A stretch of 64,000 nucleotides of DNA from an uncultured Nitrososphaerota archaeon (GCA_964626365.1 CAZVDL010000006.1:144-64143); one strand, 5' to 3'. Shown: positions 1-9,832, numbered from the stretch's first letter. The notes: a model not told the origin generated them from the letters alone. Numbers and translations: made by a program.

Positions 1-10
1 GGCGGCTGTA

Positions 11-427
11 GTGGTCCTCTGCGTGGCGGTGTTGGAGGGGGTTGAGCCTAGGCGTGGGGTTAAGGAGGAGCTTAGCCGTGAGGGTTTAAGGTGGGCCGCC
101 TCCTTCATCCTCCCGTTTATAGCTGTGTACGCTGTGGCTTGCTGGTATCCGTCTCTCTTCGTCAACGGGTGGTACTTGGCCTTAGGCTTAGCTATGCTGC
201 TAGCCCACTTAACGTTGGAGAGGCCTTGGGTGTCTAGGGGATCGATGGTGGCTAAGCCCTTCCTGTTCTCCGCGGCTTTAATCCTTCCCAGCTACGTGTT
301 GGTGGAGTGGAGCTACGTGGCTATGGGGGCTACGTCCTCCTGGCTCTTAGCCCTAGGGTTGATGTTAACGTCCTACTTCACCGCCGGCGTCTACGCGCTG
401 CTTAAGGCTGCTAGGCTGTTTAGGTGA
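11..427 (+). CDS. Membrane protein, probably 5'-truncated by the window edge
   Basis: About 4 hydrophobic segments; TGA overlaps the GTG of the next gene. Confidence 0.6.
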   Translation: MVLCVAVLEGVEPRRGVKEELSREGLRWAASFILPFIAVYAVACWYPSLFVNGWYLALGLAMLLAHLTLERPWVSRGSMVAKPFLFSAALILPSYVLVEWSYVAMGATSSWLLALGLMLTSYFTAGVYALLKAARLFR

Positions 428-744
428 AGGTGTCTTTCATGGAAGGCTCCTTGGTGGAGGAGCTTGACCCTGAGCTTATGAACCCTAAGCGCTTCCTGAT
501 AGCTACGCTGCTCTACGTCCTGGGGCCTAGGACCATGGGGGACCTGGTTAAGTCCTTAGGGTTGACGTGGGGGGACCTAGACAGCCACGTTAGGAGGCTT
601 AGGGAGAAGGGTTACGTGGAGGTTAGGAAGGCCTTGACCCTTAGGGGGCCTAGGACCGTCGTCAAGCTGACTGGGAGGGGCGTGGAGGAGTATGAGAGGC
701 TGGCTGAGAGGCTTAGGAGGCTTCTTAGCGCTGCTCAGCGCTAG
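424..744 (+). CDS. Winged-HTH transcriptional regulator (MarR/ArsR-like)
   Basis: NPKRFLIATLL...TWGDLDSHVRRLREKGYVEVRK...RTVVKLTGRG wHTH pattern. Confidence 0.85.
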   Translation: MKVSFMEGSLVEELDPELMNPKRFLIATLLYVLGPRTMGDLVKSLGLTWGDLDSHVRRLREKGYVEVRKALTLRGPRTVVKLTGRGVEEYERLAERLRRLLSAAQR

Positions 745-1085
745 CAGGTTAAATGTAGCGCTGCAATCACCTTTCTGCCTTCGCCCAGCAGCTTATTGAA
801 CGTGGAGCAAGCCTCCTTGGTAGGCTGGGCTATGAGCTCTATGCCCTTCTCGGCTAGGTAGCGTTTAACCTCGTCGGGTACCTTGACTAGGCCGTAGTAC
901 CCGGTCCCTATGACGAGGACCTCGGGCTTCTCGGCTACGACCTCCTCGAGGTCCTCTACGTGCACTGCGTGGCTCTCTCTACGCCACCATCCATCCTTGA
1001 CCCTGTCGGGGAAGATCAATACGTCCGAGGAGTACCTTCTACCCTTCACCACGATCAACCCGAAGTCGTAGCGCTCAATCATCAC
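741..1085 (-). CDS. Mth938-like (DUF498/DUF598) protein
   Basis: YDFGLIVV, PEVLVIGTG, C-terminal ALHLTC. Confidence 0.9.
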   Translation of the reverse strand: MMIERYDFGLIVVKGRRYSSDVLIFPDRVKDGWWRRESHAVHVEDLEEVVAEKPEVLVIGTGYYGLVKVPDEVKRYLAEKGIELIAQPTKEACSTFNKLLGEGRKVIAALHLTC

Positions 1086-1112
1086 TTAGAGGCTAGCGTC
1101 CTGCAGGGCTAT

Positions 1113-1538
1113 TTAGTTTAGGGCGGTCTTAGCCTCCTTAGGGCTAAAGTGGGGCTGGCGTGAGTTTCCTTGGAGGGCTTTAAGCCCGTCGTAGAGCACC
1201 TTACATCCTTCAAGCATCTTCGAGGTGAGGGGGTCTGAAAGCTCGTCTACTTGGAACACGACTAGGTCGAGAGGTAGGCCTCTAGGCTTCAGCCTCCTAA
1301 GCTCCTCTATGGCTGTGAACCTGTCGTCTACCTCCCTTAACACGACAGCTACGTCGTAGTCGCTGTAGGGGAGGTGTCGTCCAAGGGCCCTGGAGCCAAA
1401 GAGTATCACCGTCGAGTCGGGGTGTCTCTCTGAGATCCTCTCCACGAACTCCTGTAGGAGCTTGGGCCTCGCCTTAACCTTGTTGGTGCTCGACCTTAGA
1501 AGCTTGCTCCTTAACCCACTCGATGATCCTCCTCGCAT
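1113..1538 (-). CDS. Minimal nucleotidyltransferase (MNT), partner of the HEPN gene; start uncertain
   Basis: LFGSRALGRHLPYSDYDVAV = GSx10DxD motif; directly downstream of the HEPN gene. Confidence 0.85.
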   Translation of the reverse strand: MRGGSSSGLRSKLLRSSTNKVKARPKLLQEFVERISERHPDSTVILFGSRALGRHLPYSDYDVAVVLREVDDRFTAIEELRRLKPRGLPLDLVVFQVDELSDPLTSKMLEGCKVLYDGLKALQGNSRQPHFSPKEAKTALN

Positions 1539-1864
1539 ACCTGATACACCTCTCAGCTAGGCCTCTGTTATAGGTTAAGGGCTTCCTGCCCGGGTACCTC
1601 GACATGGTGTAGTGGGGGGTGAGGGCGTCGGCGTAGAGGTATAGGTCTTGCGGAGGCTCTAAGCCTAGGTCCCTGAACGCTTCTAGGAGCTCGACTAAAT
1701 CGTGGGTGTAGCTCGGTTAAGGCTAAGTGTAAGGCTTTTAAGTAGAGCTCGGCGGCTTGTTGAGCCTCGAAGCACGTGATCCAGTATACGCCCTCCTCTA
1801 GGTGTCGCTCTGCGTCCTTGATTAGGAAGTCCGCCTTCTCCACCCACTCATCGGGTAGCTTCAA
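1474..1864 (-). pseudogene. HEPN-domain protein, frameshifted near 1705
   Basis: N-half FEAQQAAELYLKA; C-half YTHDLVELL...LTPHYTMSRYPG...AERCIRYARRIIEWVKEQ continues in another frame to TAA at 1474-1476. Confidence 0.85.
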
Positions 1865-1924
1865 GCCTTACACGGCACGTTAGACGCGGCCTCCCCCTTA
1901 TTACGTTGCCGTTCCCTGTGTCCC

Positions 1925-2113
1925 TTAGTCCTCTATGGCTATGGCGAAGTCTGGGCATAGGAGCTCGCATAGCCTACATTTAAGGCACCTCTCATCCACG
2001 GTTTTAGGGGGCTCTCCCTCGACCTCCGGGGGCTGGAGCGCTTTACTAGGGCAGAACTCGACGCAGATCCCGCAGCGCTTACACAGCCTGTCGTCGATGG
2101 TTATCCTGGCCAA
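1925..2113 (-). CDS. korD: 2[4Fe-4S] ferredoxin, likely delta subunit of 2-oxoacid:ferredoxin oxidoreductase
   Basis: Two CxxCxxCxxxCP motifs; CELLCPDFAI tail typical of delta subunits. Confidence 0.8.
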   Translation of the reverse strand: MARITIDDRLCKRCGICVEFCPSKALQPPEVEGEPPKTVDERCLKCRLCELLCPDFAIAIED

Positions 2114-2192
2114 GCTCCCACCGAGCGCCGCGTCGACGTGGCTTAAAGCGGCTCTAATACCTTAGTCTGCTTGCTTTAAACCTTCCTAGGGC

Positions 2193-2468
2193 CTATATCT
2201 CGACGCCGAAGGCCTCGCTGAACGCCTCGATCCTCCTAAACTCAGCTAGGAAGTCTAGGCCTTTCTCGGTGAGCTCGTAGGCTGTACGGTCCCCTATTTT
2301 AAGGCTCTTGATGAGGCCTAGCTCCTCGAGCCTTTTAAGGTACTTGACCAGCCGCTCATGCGAGAGGTTGGCCCCGTACATTATCCTGGTGGGGCCCGCC
2401 CTGCCCTCGGAGGCGATGATGGAGAGTATGTCGGCTACTATTCTTAGCCTCGACCTATACCTCTTCAT
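2193..2468 (-). CDS. Archaeal winged-HTH regulator (HTH_45-like)
   Basis: YRSRLRIVADIL...PTRIMYGANLS...YELTEKGLDFL. Confidence 0.85.
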   Translation of the reverse strand: MKRYRSRLRIVADILSIIASEGRAGPTRIMYGANLSHERLVKYLKRLEELGLIKSLKIGDRTAYELTEKGLDFLAEFRRIEAFSEAFGVEI

Positions 2469-3067
2469 CTCGTCCTCGCCACCCTGACCAGCATGGCTAG
2501 GAACATAGCCGAGCCGACTAGCTGGGCCAGGTGGCCGGCTAGGTAGAGGGCGGGCGCAGCCGCGGAGGCTAGGAACAGCACGTGGCCTGCTAGGAGGCAG
2601 GCGAAGCCTAGGAGCACCAGGGCTAGGTCGAGGTTCCTCGACGACGCGAGGAGCATGGATAGGTGGGCCACCAGGTATATGAGCATGAACACGCAGAGGA
2701 GCTCGATGGTGGGGACGATGAGCAGCAGGAGGGCGGCTAAAGCCCTCTCCCCTCTCCCTTCAGGCCTCTTAACGTAGGCGGCTATGAATAGGGCGTAGCT
2801 TAAGGCCCTCACGCCCTCGACTATCCACGAGGCCGCCTTAATCGCCTGGACGGCTAGCGGAGGCGCCAGCTTAACCAGTACGGGTATCGAGGACGCCCTG
2901 AAGAGCATGGCTGAGCCTAGGGCTAGGAAGCCGAGGTACAGGAGCTTGAAGAACCCCTCGCCCAGGAACCTATAGGCCCTGAAGGCGTAGTAGGCCACCA
3001 GGAAGCTGACTATCGAGCAGGCGGCCTCCATTAACACGTCCGCGCCCAGGAACAGTAGCACGCGCAT
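2465..3067 (-). CDS. Polytopic membrane protein (6-7 TM), possible sensor
   Basis: Continuous hydrophobic helices; ATGA-coupled to the wHTH gene; ATG at 3067 preferred over TTG at 3145. Confidence 0.7.
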   Translation of the reverse strand: MRVLLFLGADVLMEAACSIVSFLVAYYAFRAYRFLGEGFFKLLYLGFLALGSAMLFRASSIPVLVKLAPPLAVQAIKAASWIVEGVRALSYALFIAAYVKRPEGRGERALAALLLLIVPTIELLCVFMLIYLVAHLSMLLASSRNLDLALVLLGFACLLAGHVLFLASAAAPALYLAGHLAQLVGSAMFLAMLVRVARTR

Positions 3068-3174
3068 CGGGCTCTGTGCCCCCAGCTCCTCTATTGGGGT
3101 TGTGGACGAGTGGTCTAGACTCTTCATGCCTAAGCTATTTAACAAGCCCTGGGGCCCCAGCCTAGGCGAGGAGG

Positions 3175-3921
3175 TTGGTGGAGGTGTTGAAGGGAGGCTT
3201 AACGGCCAGCTTCATCCTGCTGCTGGCGTTAATGTCCCCCGCCGTGGTGGCTCCGCTCGTCCACGGCGGCTCCAGGCAGCTGGCTCAGGGCCATAACCTG
3301 CCCAGCGTCGAGTTCATGGAGGTTAGGGTGGTGTCGGTGGACGACCAGGCGGTGACCGTCGTTAAGGGCGGCGAGGCTCTAAGGCTCCTGGTTAAGGGGG
3401 GCTGGATAGCTGTAACCGAGGAGCGCGTTGAGAGGGGCCCTTGGGCCGAGGTTAAGGGCCTCGTGGAGGAGGGCCCAGCCACGGTAGCCGTGGCCTCTGT
3501 GGGTGAGGGCGACGAGCAGCTGCTACTAGGACTTAAGCAGGGCGACGTCGCGCTGTTGAGCCCAGCCTTAATAAGGCGCTGCGCTGAGAGGCGCGTCCAC
3601 ACCAGGCTGTACATGGGCGTTAGGGGCGAGGTGGTTCACGTAGGGGGCAACTACCTGGTGGTGGAGAGGGACGGGCGTAGGGCGCTGGCGATCACTGAGG
3701 GCAGGTGGCTTAAAGCTGGAGGCGGAGAAGTGGCCTGGAGCGAGGTGGCCGATGAGTTTAGGGAGGGCGACGTGGTTAGGCTGTTCTGCCACAACGTCCT
3801 AATCATGGAGGACGAGTTCGCCGAGGCCTTCGGCCTAAATGCCTTTATCTGGGGTTATAGCGGCGCCATCATAGACTTGACCTCAGGCGTAGCGCTGCAG
3901 CGAATACCTTCAGGGGCCTAA
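3175..3921 (+). CDS. Exported protein with a duplicated beta-rich domain
   Basis: N-terminal hydrophobic signal/anchor; two similar units ending GGW...WAEV and GRW...WSEV. Confidence 0.7.
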   Translation: MVEVLKGGLTASFILLLALMSPAVVAPLVHGGSRQLAQGHNLPSVEFMEVRVVSVDDQAVTVVKGGEALRLLVKGGWIAVTEERVERGPWAEVKGLVEEGPATVAVASVGEGDEQLLLGLKQGDVALLSPALIRRCAERRVHTRLYMGVRGEVVHVGGNYLVVERDGRRALAITEGRWLKAGGGEVAWSEVADEFREGDVVRLFCHNVLIMEDEFAEAFGLNAFIWGYSGAIIDLTSGVALQRIPSGA

Positions 3922-3922
3922 C

Positions 3923-4483
3923 CTAAGACCCCTTCTTCTTTTTATCGGGCGGGCTAAAGCCCCAGCCTAGCCTTAAAGCCTCCACCGCAGCCTCCCTACC
4001 AACCCTAGCTCGGGCCTCAGGTAGCTCTTCGACCACCGCCCTCTCAAGGCTCTTTAAGCTTGGCAGCCCTAACTCCTTGGCCAGCGCTCCTACCAGGACG
4101 AGGTTGCCTAGTAGAGGTCTACCGAGCTTCTCCCTAGCCAGCTTAAAGGCTGGGACGCTTAGGACCTTGTAGCTCTCCGCGTAGCTGAGGTCGAAGGCCT
4201 CCTCGTCGGCCACCAACACCCCTCCACGCTTAAGCCTCCTCGTAGCCTTAGCCGCCCTCACGCTCATGAGGGCTAGGGCGTCAAGCCTAGACGAGAACGG
4301 GTAAAGTATTGGGGTGTCTGAGACGACTACTTCGCTGAGGCTTAATGTCCCCCTTACCTCAGCTCCATAGCTTACGCTCTGGGCCGCGTAGAGCCCGTCG
4401 AGCACCGCCGCCTTACCTATGATCGACCCCGCTACTAGGACTCCCTGTCCACCTACCCCAGCTAGGCCTACCTCGATCCTCAA
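3923..4483 (-). CDS. korC: 2-oxoacid:ferredoxin oxidoreductase gamma subunit
   Basis: AGVGGQG, SYGAEVRG, NLVLVGAL. Confidence 0.92.
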   Translation of the reverse strand: MRIEVGLAGVGGQGVLVAGSIIGKAAVLDGLYAAQSVSYGAEVRGTLSLSEVVVSDTPILYPFSSRLDALALMSVRAAKATRRLKRGGVLVADEEAFDLSYAESYKVLSVPAFKLAREKLGRPLLGNLVLVGALAKELGLPSLKSLERAVVEELPEARARVGREAAVEALRLGWGFSPPDKKKKGS

Positions 4484-5295
4484 CTTACCATCCCCCTGAC
4501 CCTCTCCACCATGGCCCAGTAGGACTCCACGAAGCCGGGACTATCTCTGTCCACGTAGACGCCCACCGGTATCTTCCCTGGCTCTTCGCCCGCCTTCTCG
4601 AGGGGGACGCTGTTGGCTAGCATCCACCTCATCATCTCCCCCGGCTTAGCCATGCGGTTGCGCCTACCGTAGTGAGTGGGGCACTGTGACACAGCCTCGA
4701 CGTAGGCGAACCCCTTCTTGGTCAGCGCCCTCTTAATGGAGTCCTTGAGCTTCAGGGCGTGCGCCACCGTCCACCTAGCTGAGTAGTTGGCGCCGGCGTC
4801 AGCGACCACCCTGGCCACGTCCATGCTGGGCTCGGGGTTCCCGTAGGGAGTGGTGCTCGTGTAGGATCCTTGAGGAGTGGTCGGCGCAGTTTGTCCGCCG
4901 GTCATCCCGTAGATCATGTTGTTCACCATGATGACGACGAGCTCCAGGTTCCTCCTAGCTGCGTGGATTAAGTGGCCTAGGCCTATACCTGCCAGGTCGC
5001 CGTCGCCGCCGAAGACTACCACCTTCTTCTCGGGCCTGACGAGCTTTACGCCCATCGCCACGGGTATGCTCCTGCCGTGGAGCGTGTGTATGGTGTCCGC
5101 CTTGAAGTGAGGGGAGGGTATCCAGGAGGAGCAGCCTATCCCGCTGCAGAAAATGAAGTCCCTTAGGTCCTCGTAGCCCAGCTCCTCCACCGCCTTGAAG
5201 AAGCAGTTGGCCACTATGCCGCATCCGCAGCCTGGGCAGAAAGGGGTGGGTAGGACCTCCTCGCGCAGGTACTTTAAGGCGAAGTGTCTAGCCAT
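4480..5295 (-). CDS. korB: 2-oxoacid:ferredoxin oxidoreductase beta subunit
   Basis: FCPGCG, SGIGCS, TPP motif GDGD...NN, YGMTGGQ. Confidence 0.95.
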   Translation of the reverse strand: MARHFALKYLREEVLPTPFCPGCGCGIVANCFFKAVEELGYEDLRDFIFCSGIGCSSWIPSPHFKADTIHTLHGRSIPVAMGVKLVRPEKKVVVFGGDGDLAGIGLGHLIHAARRNLELVVIMVNNMIYGMTGGQTAPTTPQGSYTSTTPYGNPEPSMDVARVVADAGANYSARWTVAHALKLKDSIKRALTKKGFAYVEAVSQCPTHYGRRNRMAKPGEMMRWMLANSVPLEKAGEEPGKIPVGVYVDRDSPGFVESYWAMVERVRGMVS

Positions 5296-5303
5296 GCTCG
5301 CAC

Positions 5304-6458
5304 CTACCTGCGGGCCCACGCCGTTAAAGCGTTGAGCACCTCCCTCGGCGTTATAGGCCTGCCGCCGCCCACCTTATTGAGCTGCACCACCCTACACGAC
5401 TCCCGCGAGACCCTCCTAACCTCCAAGGCCACCTGGCCTAGGTTGAGCTCGGGCACCACTATCACGTTGACCCTCTCAGAGAGCTCCCTTACAGCCTTCT
5501 CTGGGAAGGGCCATATGGTCTTAAGCCTCACGTGGCCCACCTTAACCCCCCTAGCCTCAGCCATCCTCGCGGCCTCGTAGACGCTCCTCGACGTGCAGCC
5601 GTAGGAGACCACTCCTACCTCGGCCTCCTCGAGGCCCTGCACCTCCACCTTAACTATGTAGTCGGCGTTGTCCATCACCTTCCTGACTAGCCTACGCACC
5701 AGCTTGCTGTGGACTAGGGGCGTTGAGGTATGCCTGTAGCCCCACTCGTCGTGGGTGGAGCCTGTGACGAGGAGGTTGAAGCCGTCGCCCAGCCTAGGCA
5801 TAGCTGGGACCCCTGAAGGCCTAACTGAGCCGAAGGGGGGCTCGTCTGGGGTGTAGGGCCTACGCCTATTCACTACGAAGAGCCTGTCCTCAGGGGGTAC
5901 CTCTACGCGCTCACGTAGGTGGGCCACTACCTCGTCGGCTAGCAATATCACGGGCACCCTAAACTGCTCGGAGAGGTTGAAGGCCTCCACGGTTAGGTCG
6001 AACATCTCCTGGGCTGAGTTTGGGCAGAGCGCTATCACGGCTTGGTCGCCGTGTCTACCCCACCTAGCCTGCATGACGTCTCCCTGGCCGCACTTAGTGG
6101 CCTGCCCCGTGGCTGGGCCTAGGCGCTGCACGTCTACTATGACGCCGGGGGTCTCGGTCATAACCATGTAGCCTATCCCCTCCTGCATTAAGCTGAAGCC
6201 CGGCCCGCTGGTCGCCGTCATGGCTTTAGCCCCAGCCCAGGACGCCCCTACCACCGCGTTTATAGCGGCTATCTCGTCCTCAGCCTGTATGAAGACTCCT
6301 CCAAGCTTAGGCATCCTCAGGGCCATTCTCTCCATGATCTCCCTCTGCGGCGTTATAGGGTAGCCCGCGAAGAAATTGCAGCCAGCAGCTAGGGCCCCCT
6401 CAGCGCAGGCTATATTGCCCTCCCAGAAGTGGACCCCTGATAGCACCCTACCCTCCAT
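5304..6458 (-). CDS. korA: 2-oxoacid:ferredoxin oxidoreductase alpha subunit
   Basis: AGYPITP, QAEDEIAA, TATSGPG, ELNLGQ. Confidence 0.95.
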   Translation of the reverse strand: MEGRVLSGVHFWEGNIACAEGALAAGCNFFAGYPITPQREIMERMALRMPKLGGVFIQAEDEIAAINAVVGASWAGAKAMTATSGPGFSLMQEGIGYMVMTETPGVIVDVQRLGPATGQATKCGQGDVMQARWGRHGDQAVIALCPNSAQEMFDLTVEAFNLSEQFRVPVILLADEVVAHLRERVEVPPEDRLFVVNRRRPYTPDEPPFGSVRPSGVPAMPRLGDGFNLLVTGSTHDEWGYRHTSTPLVHSKLVRRLVRKVMDNADYIVKVEVQGLEEAEVGVVSYGCTSRSVYEAARMAEARGVKVGHVRLKTIWPFPEKAVRELSERVNVIVVPELNLGQVALEVRRVSRESCRVVQLNKVGGGRPITPREVLNALTAWARR

Positions 6459-6590
6459 GCTAACTCTCTGCCAAGTGGTGCTTTCTCAAACTTTAGCTTT
6501 CCTCCACCGCGAGCTCTAGCTGAGGGCCTTATTGCGCGGGCGTTTTTCATTACTGGAGTTCTAAGGATGGAGCCTACGCGTCGAGGCATG

Positions 6591-9113
6591 TCAATCAGCT
6601 CGCCGTCTTCTCCTAAGCCTCTCCACCAAGTATTCACTCCATTTTCTGGCCTCAACGGCTATGAAGCCCGCTATCGACGCCGCTAAGACGTAGCCCCAGC
6701 CTTTAATCGGCAGGGGCATTGCGTGGAACCAGTCCGGCACTAAGTATACCGCTATCATTTGTAGGGCTAAGCCGGCGCCTATGCCTATGAATATGTAGGG
6801 GTTTATCGTTAAGCTCCTCTTGATGTTCCTGAAGAAGGGCTCCTTTTCCTTCTGGGCTTGGAGGCCGTTAAACCACTGCGATACGACGACCGCGGTGAAG
6901 ACTATCGATATCGCCATCTCAACGTCGTACAGCCCTAATAGGTAGTTGAAGAGGGCGAAGCACACGAAGCCCATTACCAGCCCGAACAGCAGTATCCTAG
7001 CTATCTGGGTTAAGTCGAAGAACTGTTTCTCAGGCCTCTTGGGAGGCCTCTCCATAACCTTGCCTTCCTCCCTCGCAAAGGGAAAGGTCTTGTCTTGAAC
7101 GCCGTCGGTGACCAGGTTGATCCACAAGATCTGTGTTGGATGTAGCGGTAGCGGTAGGCCTGCCAGTATCGCTGATGATATTAGCGTCAGCTCTCCTACA
7201 CCGGTCGACACCAGGTAGTAGATGACTTTCCTGATGTTGTCCGCTATGACCCTCCCATTCTTAATCGCGTCCACTATAACCTTGAGGTTGTTGTCGAGTA
7301 ACACCATTTTAGCTACGCTCTTAGCCGCCTCGCTCCCTGAACCCATCGCTATGCTGAGGTCCGCTGCTCTCAGCGCTGGGACGTCGTTTACGCCGTCACC
7401 GCTAACGGCTACTATCTCGCCTTTCTCCTGTAGCACCTTGACGACCCGGTATTTATGTTCAGGTAATATCCTGGCCAACACTGTTGCCCTCTTCAACGCC
7501 TCGTACAGCTCGTCGTCGTTCATGGATTCTACGTCCCTCCCCGTGAGCACTAGGTCCCCTTCACTCCATATACCGACCTCCCTAGCTACTGCCTTCGCCG
7601 TTAACGGGTAGTCTCCAGTTATCATTATGACCCTTATCCCCGCCTTCTTAGCCATTAGCACCGCCTCCTTGACGCCTTCTTTTGGCGGGTCGAGGAAGCC
7701 CACTAGCCCTACGATCTCTATCCTCCAGCCGCCTACGTTGTCGCCGCTCCACTCGCCCATGCCTAAAGCTAGGACTCTGAGGCCGTCCTCGGCCATCGAG
7801 GTCAGCGCCTCTTCGAGCCCCTTAAGATCGACGTTCTTGGCCATGGGCGCCAGCGCTTCGTAGGCCCCCTTAATGAAAAGCATCGGCCTGCCGTCAACGT
7901 TGTTTACCGTCGCCATAAACCTAAGCTTTACATTGAAGGGGTACTCCCTAATCCTAGGATGTGAGGCTCTAAGCTCCTCGTAGCCTTCTCCAACCCACTT
8001 CGCCAAGGCTACATCGATAGGGTCCCCGATATTGTTCTCTGAGTCGTTGCAGAGCGCCGCTATCAGCTTAAGCCTCTCGTGATCCAGCGCGTAGACCTTC
8101 TTAACGATCAGCTTGCCTTCAGTTATGGTTCCCGTCTTATCTGACGCTACCACCGTGGCACTACCTAACGTCTCGACCGCGGACAGGTGCCTCGTTAAAG
8201 TCTTTCTCCTGCTTAGAGCCATGGCACCCACTACTAGAACCAGCGTTACAACTATTGGCAGCCCTTCAGGGACGGCTGAGACCAACTGGGCTATTAGGAA
8301 GTACGCTATCTCTATGGCCCCCCTCGCTTGAAGATATCCAACCACGCCCACCATTGAGAGGAGCGCTATGAGGAGCACCAGGTACCTTCTGACGAAGAAC
8401 TTCATAGCCTTGGTCAGAGGGCTCTCAGGAGGCTTTTCTTTGACCTTCTCCGCTATCGACGCTAAATACGTGGATTTGCCTGTCCTAACGACTATGCCTC
8501 TTCCTAATCCCTTAACGACCGTGGTCCCGGTCAAAGCCATGTTCTTAAGCTCATAGGGCATGGCGTCAGCGGGGAGAAGTAGAGAGTGGTCCTTCGCCAC
8601 CGGCATGGATTCGCCAGTTATCGACGACTCATCTATCATCAGCCCCGAGCTGTCGAAGAGCCTTATGTCGGCTGTAACGAGGTCGCCTTCAGATAGCGCT
8701 ACCACATCCCCAGGGACGAGCTCTGACGATGGGACCTCCACGAGGTCGCCATTCCTTACAACCTTCACCCTGCTCTCCGTGAGCTTCTTTAAGGCCCTTA
8801 TCGAGCTCTCAGCCTTCAACTCCTGCCAATAACCCAGAAAGCTGTTTGCAACCACCAAGAGTATGATTATGACGAAGTCCTTGACCTTGCCGATCACTAT
8901 TGAGATCGCAGCGGCGATCAGAAGTATGTAGATTAGAACGCTCCCAAACTGCCTTAGAAAAAGCCTCCACTTACTTATTCTCTCCTCCTCTAGGATGTTC
9001 CTACCGTAGACTTGAAGCCTCCTTTCAGCTTCTTCCTGAGTGAGCCCTCGAGGGGACGACTCTAATGCTTCGAACAGCTCCGTTGGCTCAACAGCGTATG
9101 GCTTATCGATCAT
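6591..9113 (-). CDS. P-type cation-transporting ATPase (type IIA, Ca2+-like)
   Basis: TGES, VPEGLP, DKTGT, MITGD, GDGVND, WINLVTDG. Confidence 0.95.
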   Translation of the reverse strand: MIDKPYAVEPTELFEALESSPRGLTQEEAERRLQVYGRNILEEERISKWRLFLRQFGSVLIYILLIAAAISIVIGKVKDFVIIILLVVANSFLGYWQELKAESSIRALKKLTESRVKVVRNGDLVEVPSSELVPGDVVALSEGDLVTADIRLFDSSGLMIDESSITGESMPVAKDHSLLLPADAMPYELKNMALTGTTVVKGLGRGIVVRTGKSTYLASIAEKVKEKPPESPLTKAMKFFVRRYLVLLIALLSMVGVVGYLQARGAIEIAYFLIAQLVSAVPEGLPIVVTLVLVVGAMALSRRKTLTRHLSAVETLGSATVVASDKTGTITEGKLIVKKVYALDHERLKLIAALCNDSENNIGDPIDVALAKWVGEGYEELRASHPRIREYPFNVKLRFMATVNNVDGRPMLFIKGAYEALAPMAKNVDLKGLEEALTSMAEDGLRVLALGMGEWSGDNVGGWRIEIVGLVGFLDPPKEGVKEAVLMAKKAGIRVIMITGDYPLTAKAVAREVGIWSEGDLVLTGRDVESMNDDELYEALKRATVLARILPEHKYRVVKVLQEKGEIVAVSGDGVNDVPALRAADLSIAMGSGSEAAKSVAKMVLLDNNLKVIVDAIKNGRVIADNIRKVIYYLVSTGVGELTLISSAILAGLPLPLHPTQILWINLVTDGVQDKTFPFAREEGKVMERPPKRPEKQFFDLTQIARILLFGLVMGFVCFALFNYLLGLYDVEMAISIVFTAVVVSQWFNGLQAQKEKEPFFRNIKRSLTINPYIFIGIGAGLALQMIAVYLVPDWFHAMPLPIKGWGYVLAASIAGFIAVEARKWSEYLVERLRRRRRAD

Positions 9114-9308
9114 GTTCTCTTAACTCTACTTCACCATTACACACGCAGAGGCCTCTGAGGTCGGCTTCAAGAACTTCCTCACGCCCTCCCACTACGTGGT
9201 GCCATACTTATTAAAAATTCCGGGCCCGATCTTCAATGTATGCCCCCGCTGGCCTCCACGGCCGTGGCTGCTTGGAGCAGCATGGAGGCTTCTTCACTTG
9301 GGGCCTCA

Positions 9309-9590
9309 TCAGCTATCGTCACGCCTCGTAAGCCCTAACTCCCTTAAAGCTCTCCTTAAGGCCTCGAGCAGGTAGCCCTCCTCTCCAGGCAGCCCCACTA
9401 AGATCACCTCGTCGCCTACGCATAGGACGGGGGCCTCGAAGTCCCCGTCCTTCTCCACGACCTCAACCTCGACGCCTAGGTCCTCCTTGAGCAGATCCTT
9501 AACCTCCTCCAACCACCTAGTCAACGTATACTTCAGGTAGCTATCTCTCTTACCTAGCACCCTTAACTTGACCCTGCGTGACTTCTCCAT
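9309..9590 (-). CDS. Small hypothetical protein, possibly thioredoxin-like fold without CxxC
   Basis: Typical codon usage from ATG 9590; APVLCVGDEVILVGLPG resembles the cis-Pro/beta-hairpin of Trx folds. Confidence 0.6.
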   Translation of the reverse strand: MEKSRRVKLRVLGKRDSYLKYTLTRWLEEVKDLLKEDLGVEVEVVEKDGDFEAPVLCVGDEVILVGLPGEEGYLLEALRRALRELGLTRRDDS

Positions 9591-9798
9591 GCTTAGCTGT
9601 CGATTTAAGGCCGAGGCGGGGCTTATATCTTCATAGGCCTGGGCAGTGGTCGTGGATAGGCTTAAGGTGTTCGCCACGCCATTCTCGCTCTCCAGATGGC
9701 CATGGGAGACATCGCAGCCCCAGTCTTCCATTAACTCTTTTAAACAGGCTCACGCAGGGTGCTTCAAGGAGGCTCGAGGCCTACATCGTTAGGCGAAA

Positions 9799-9808
9799 TA
9801 TATATAAA
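9799..9808 (+). promoter_or_regulatory. BRE/TATA promoter of the surface-protein gene (probably leaderless)
   Basis: cgaaaTATATATAAA about 25 nt upstream of ATG 9833. Confidence 0.6.
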
Positions 9809-9832
9809 GGATGGGCTACGAGACGTAGCTCC

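Noticed and set aside
6591-9113. P-type ATPase as a mobile element because of its apparently lower GC
   Set aside because: The composition shift is only an impression; no transposase, integrase or terminal repeats are visible
9578-9832. Long N-terminal extensions of ORFs 9578-10972 and 9309-9731
   Set aside because: They overlap each other and span a TATA box; the signal peptide starts at ATG 9833
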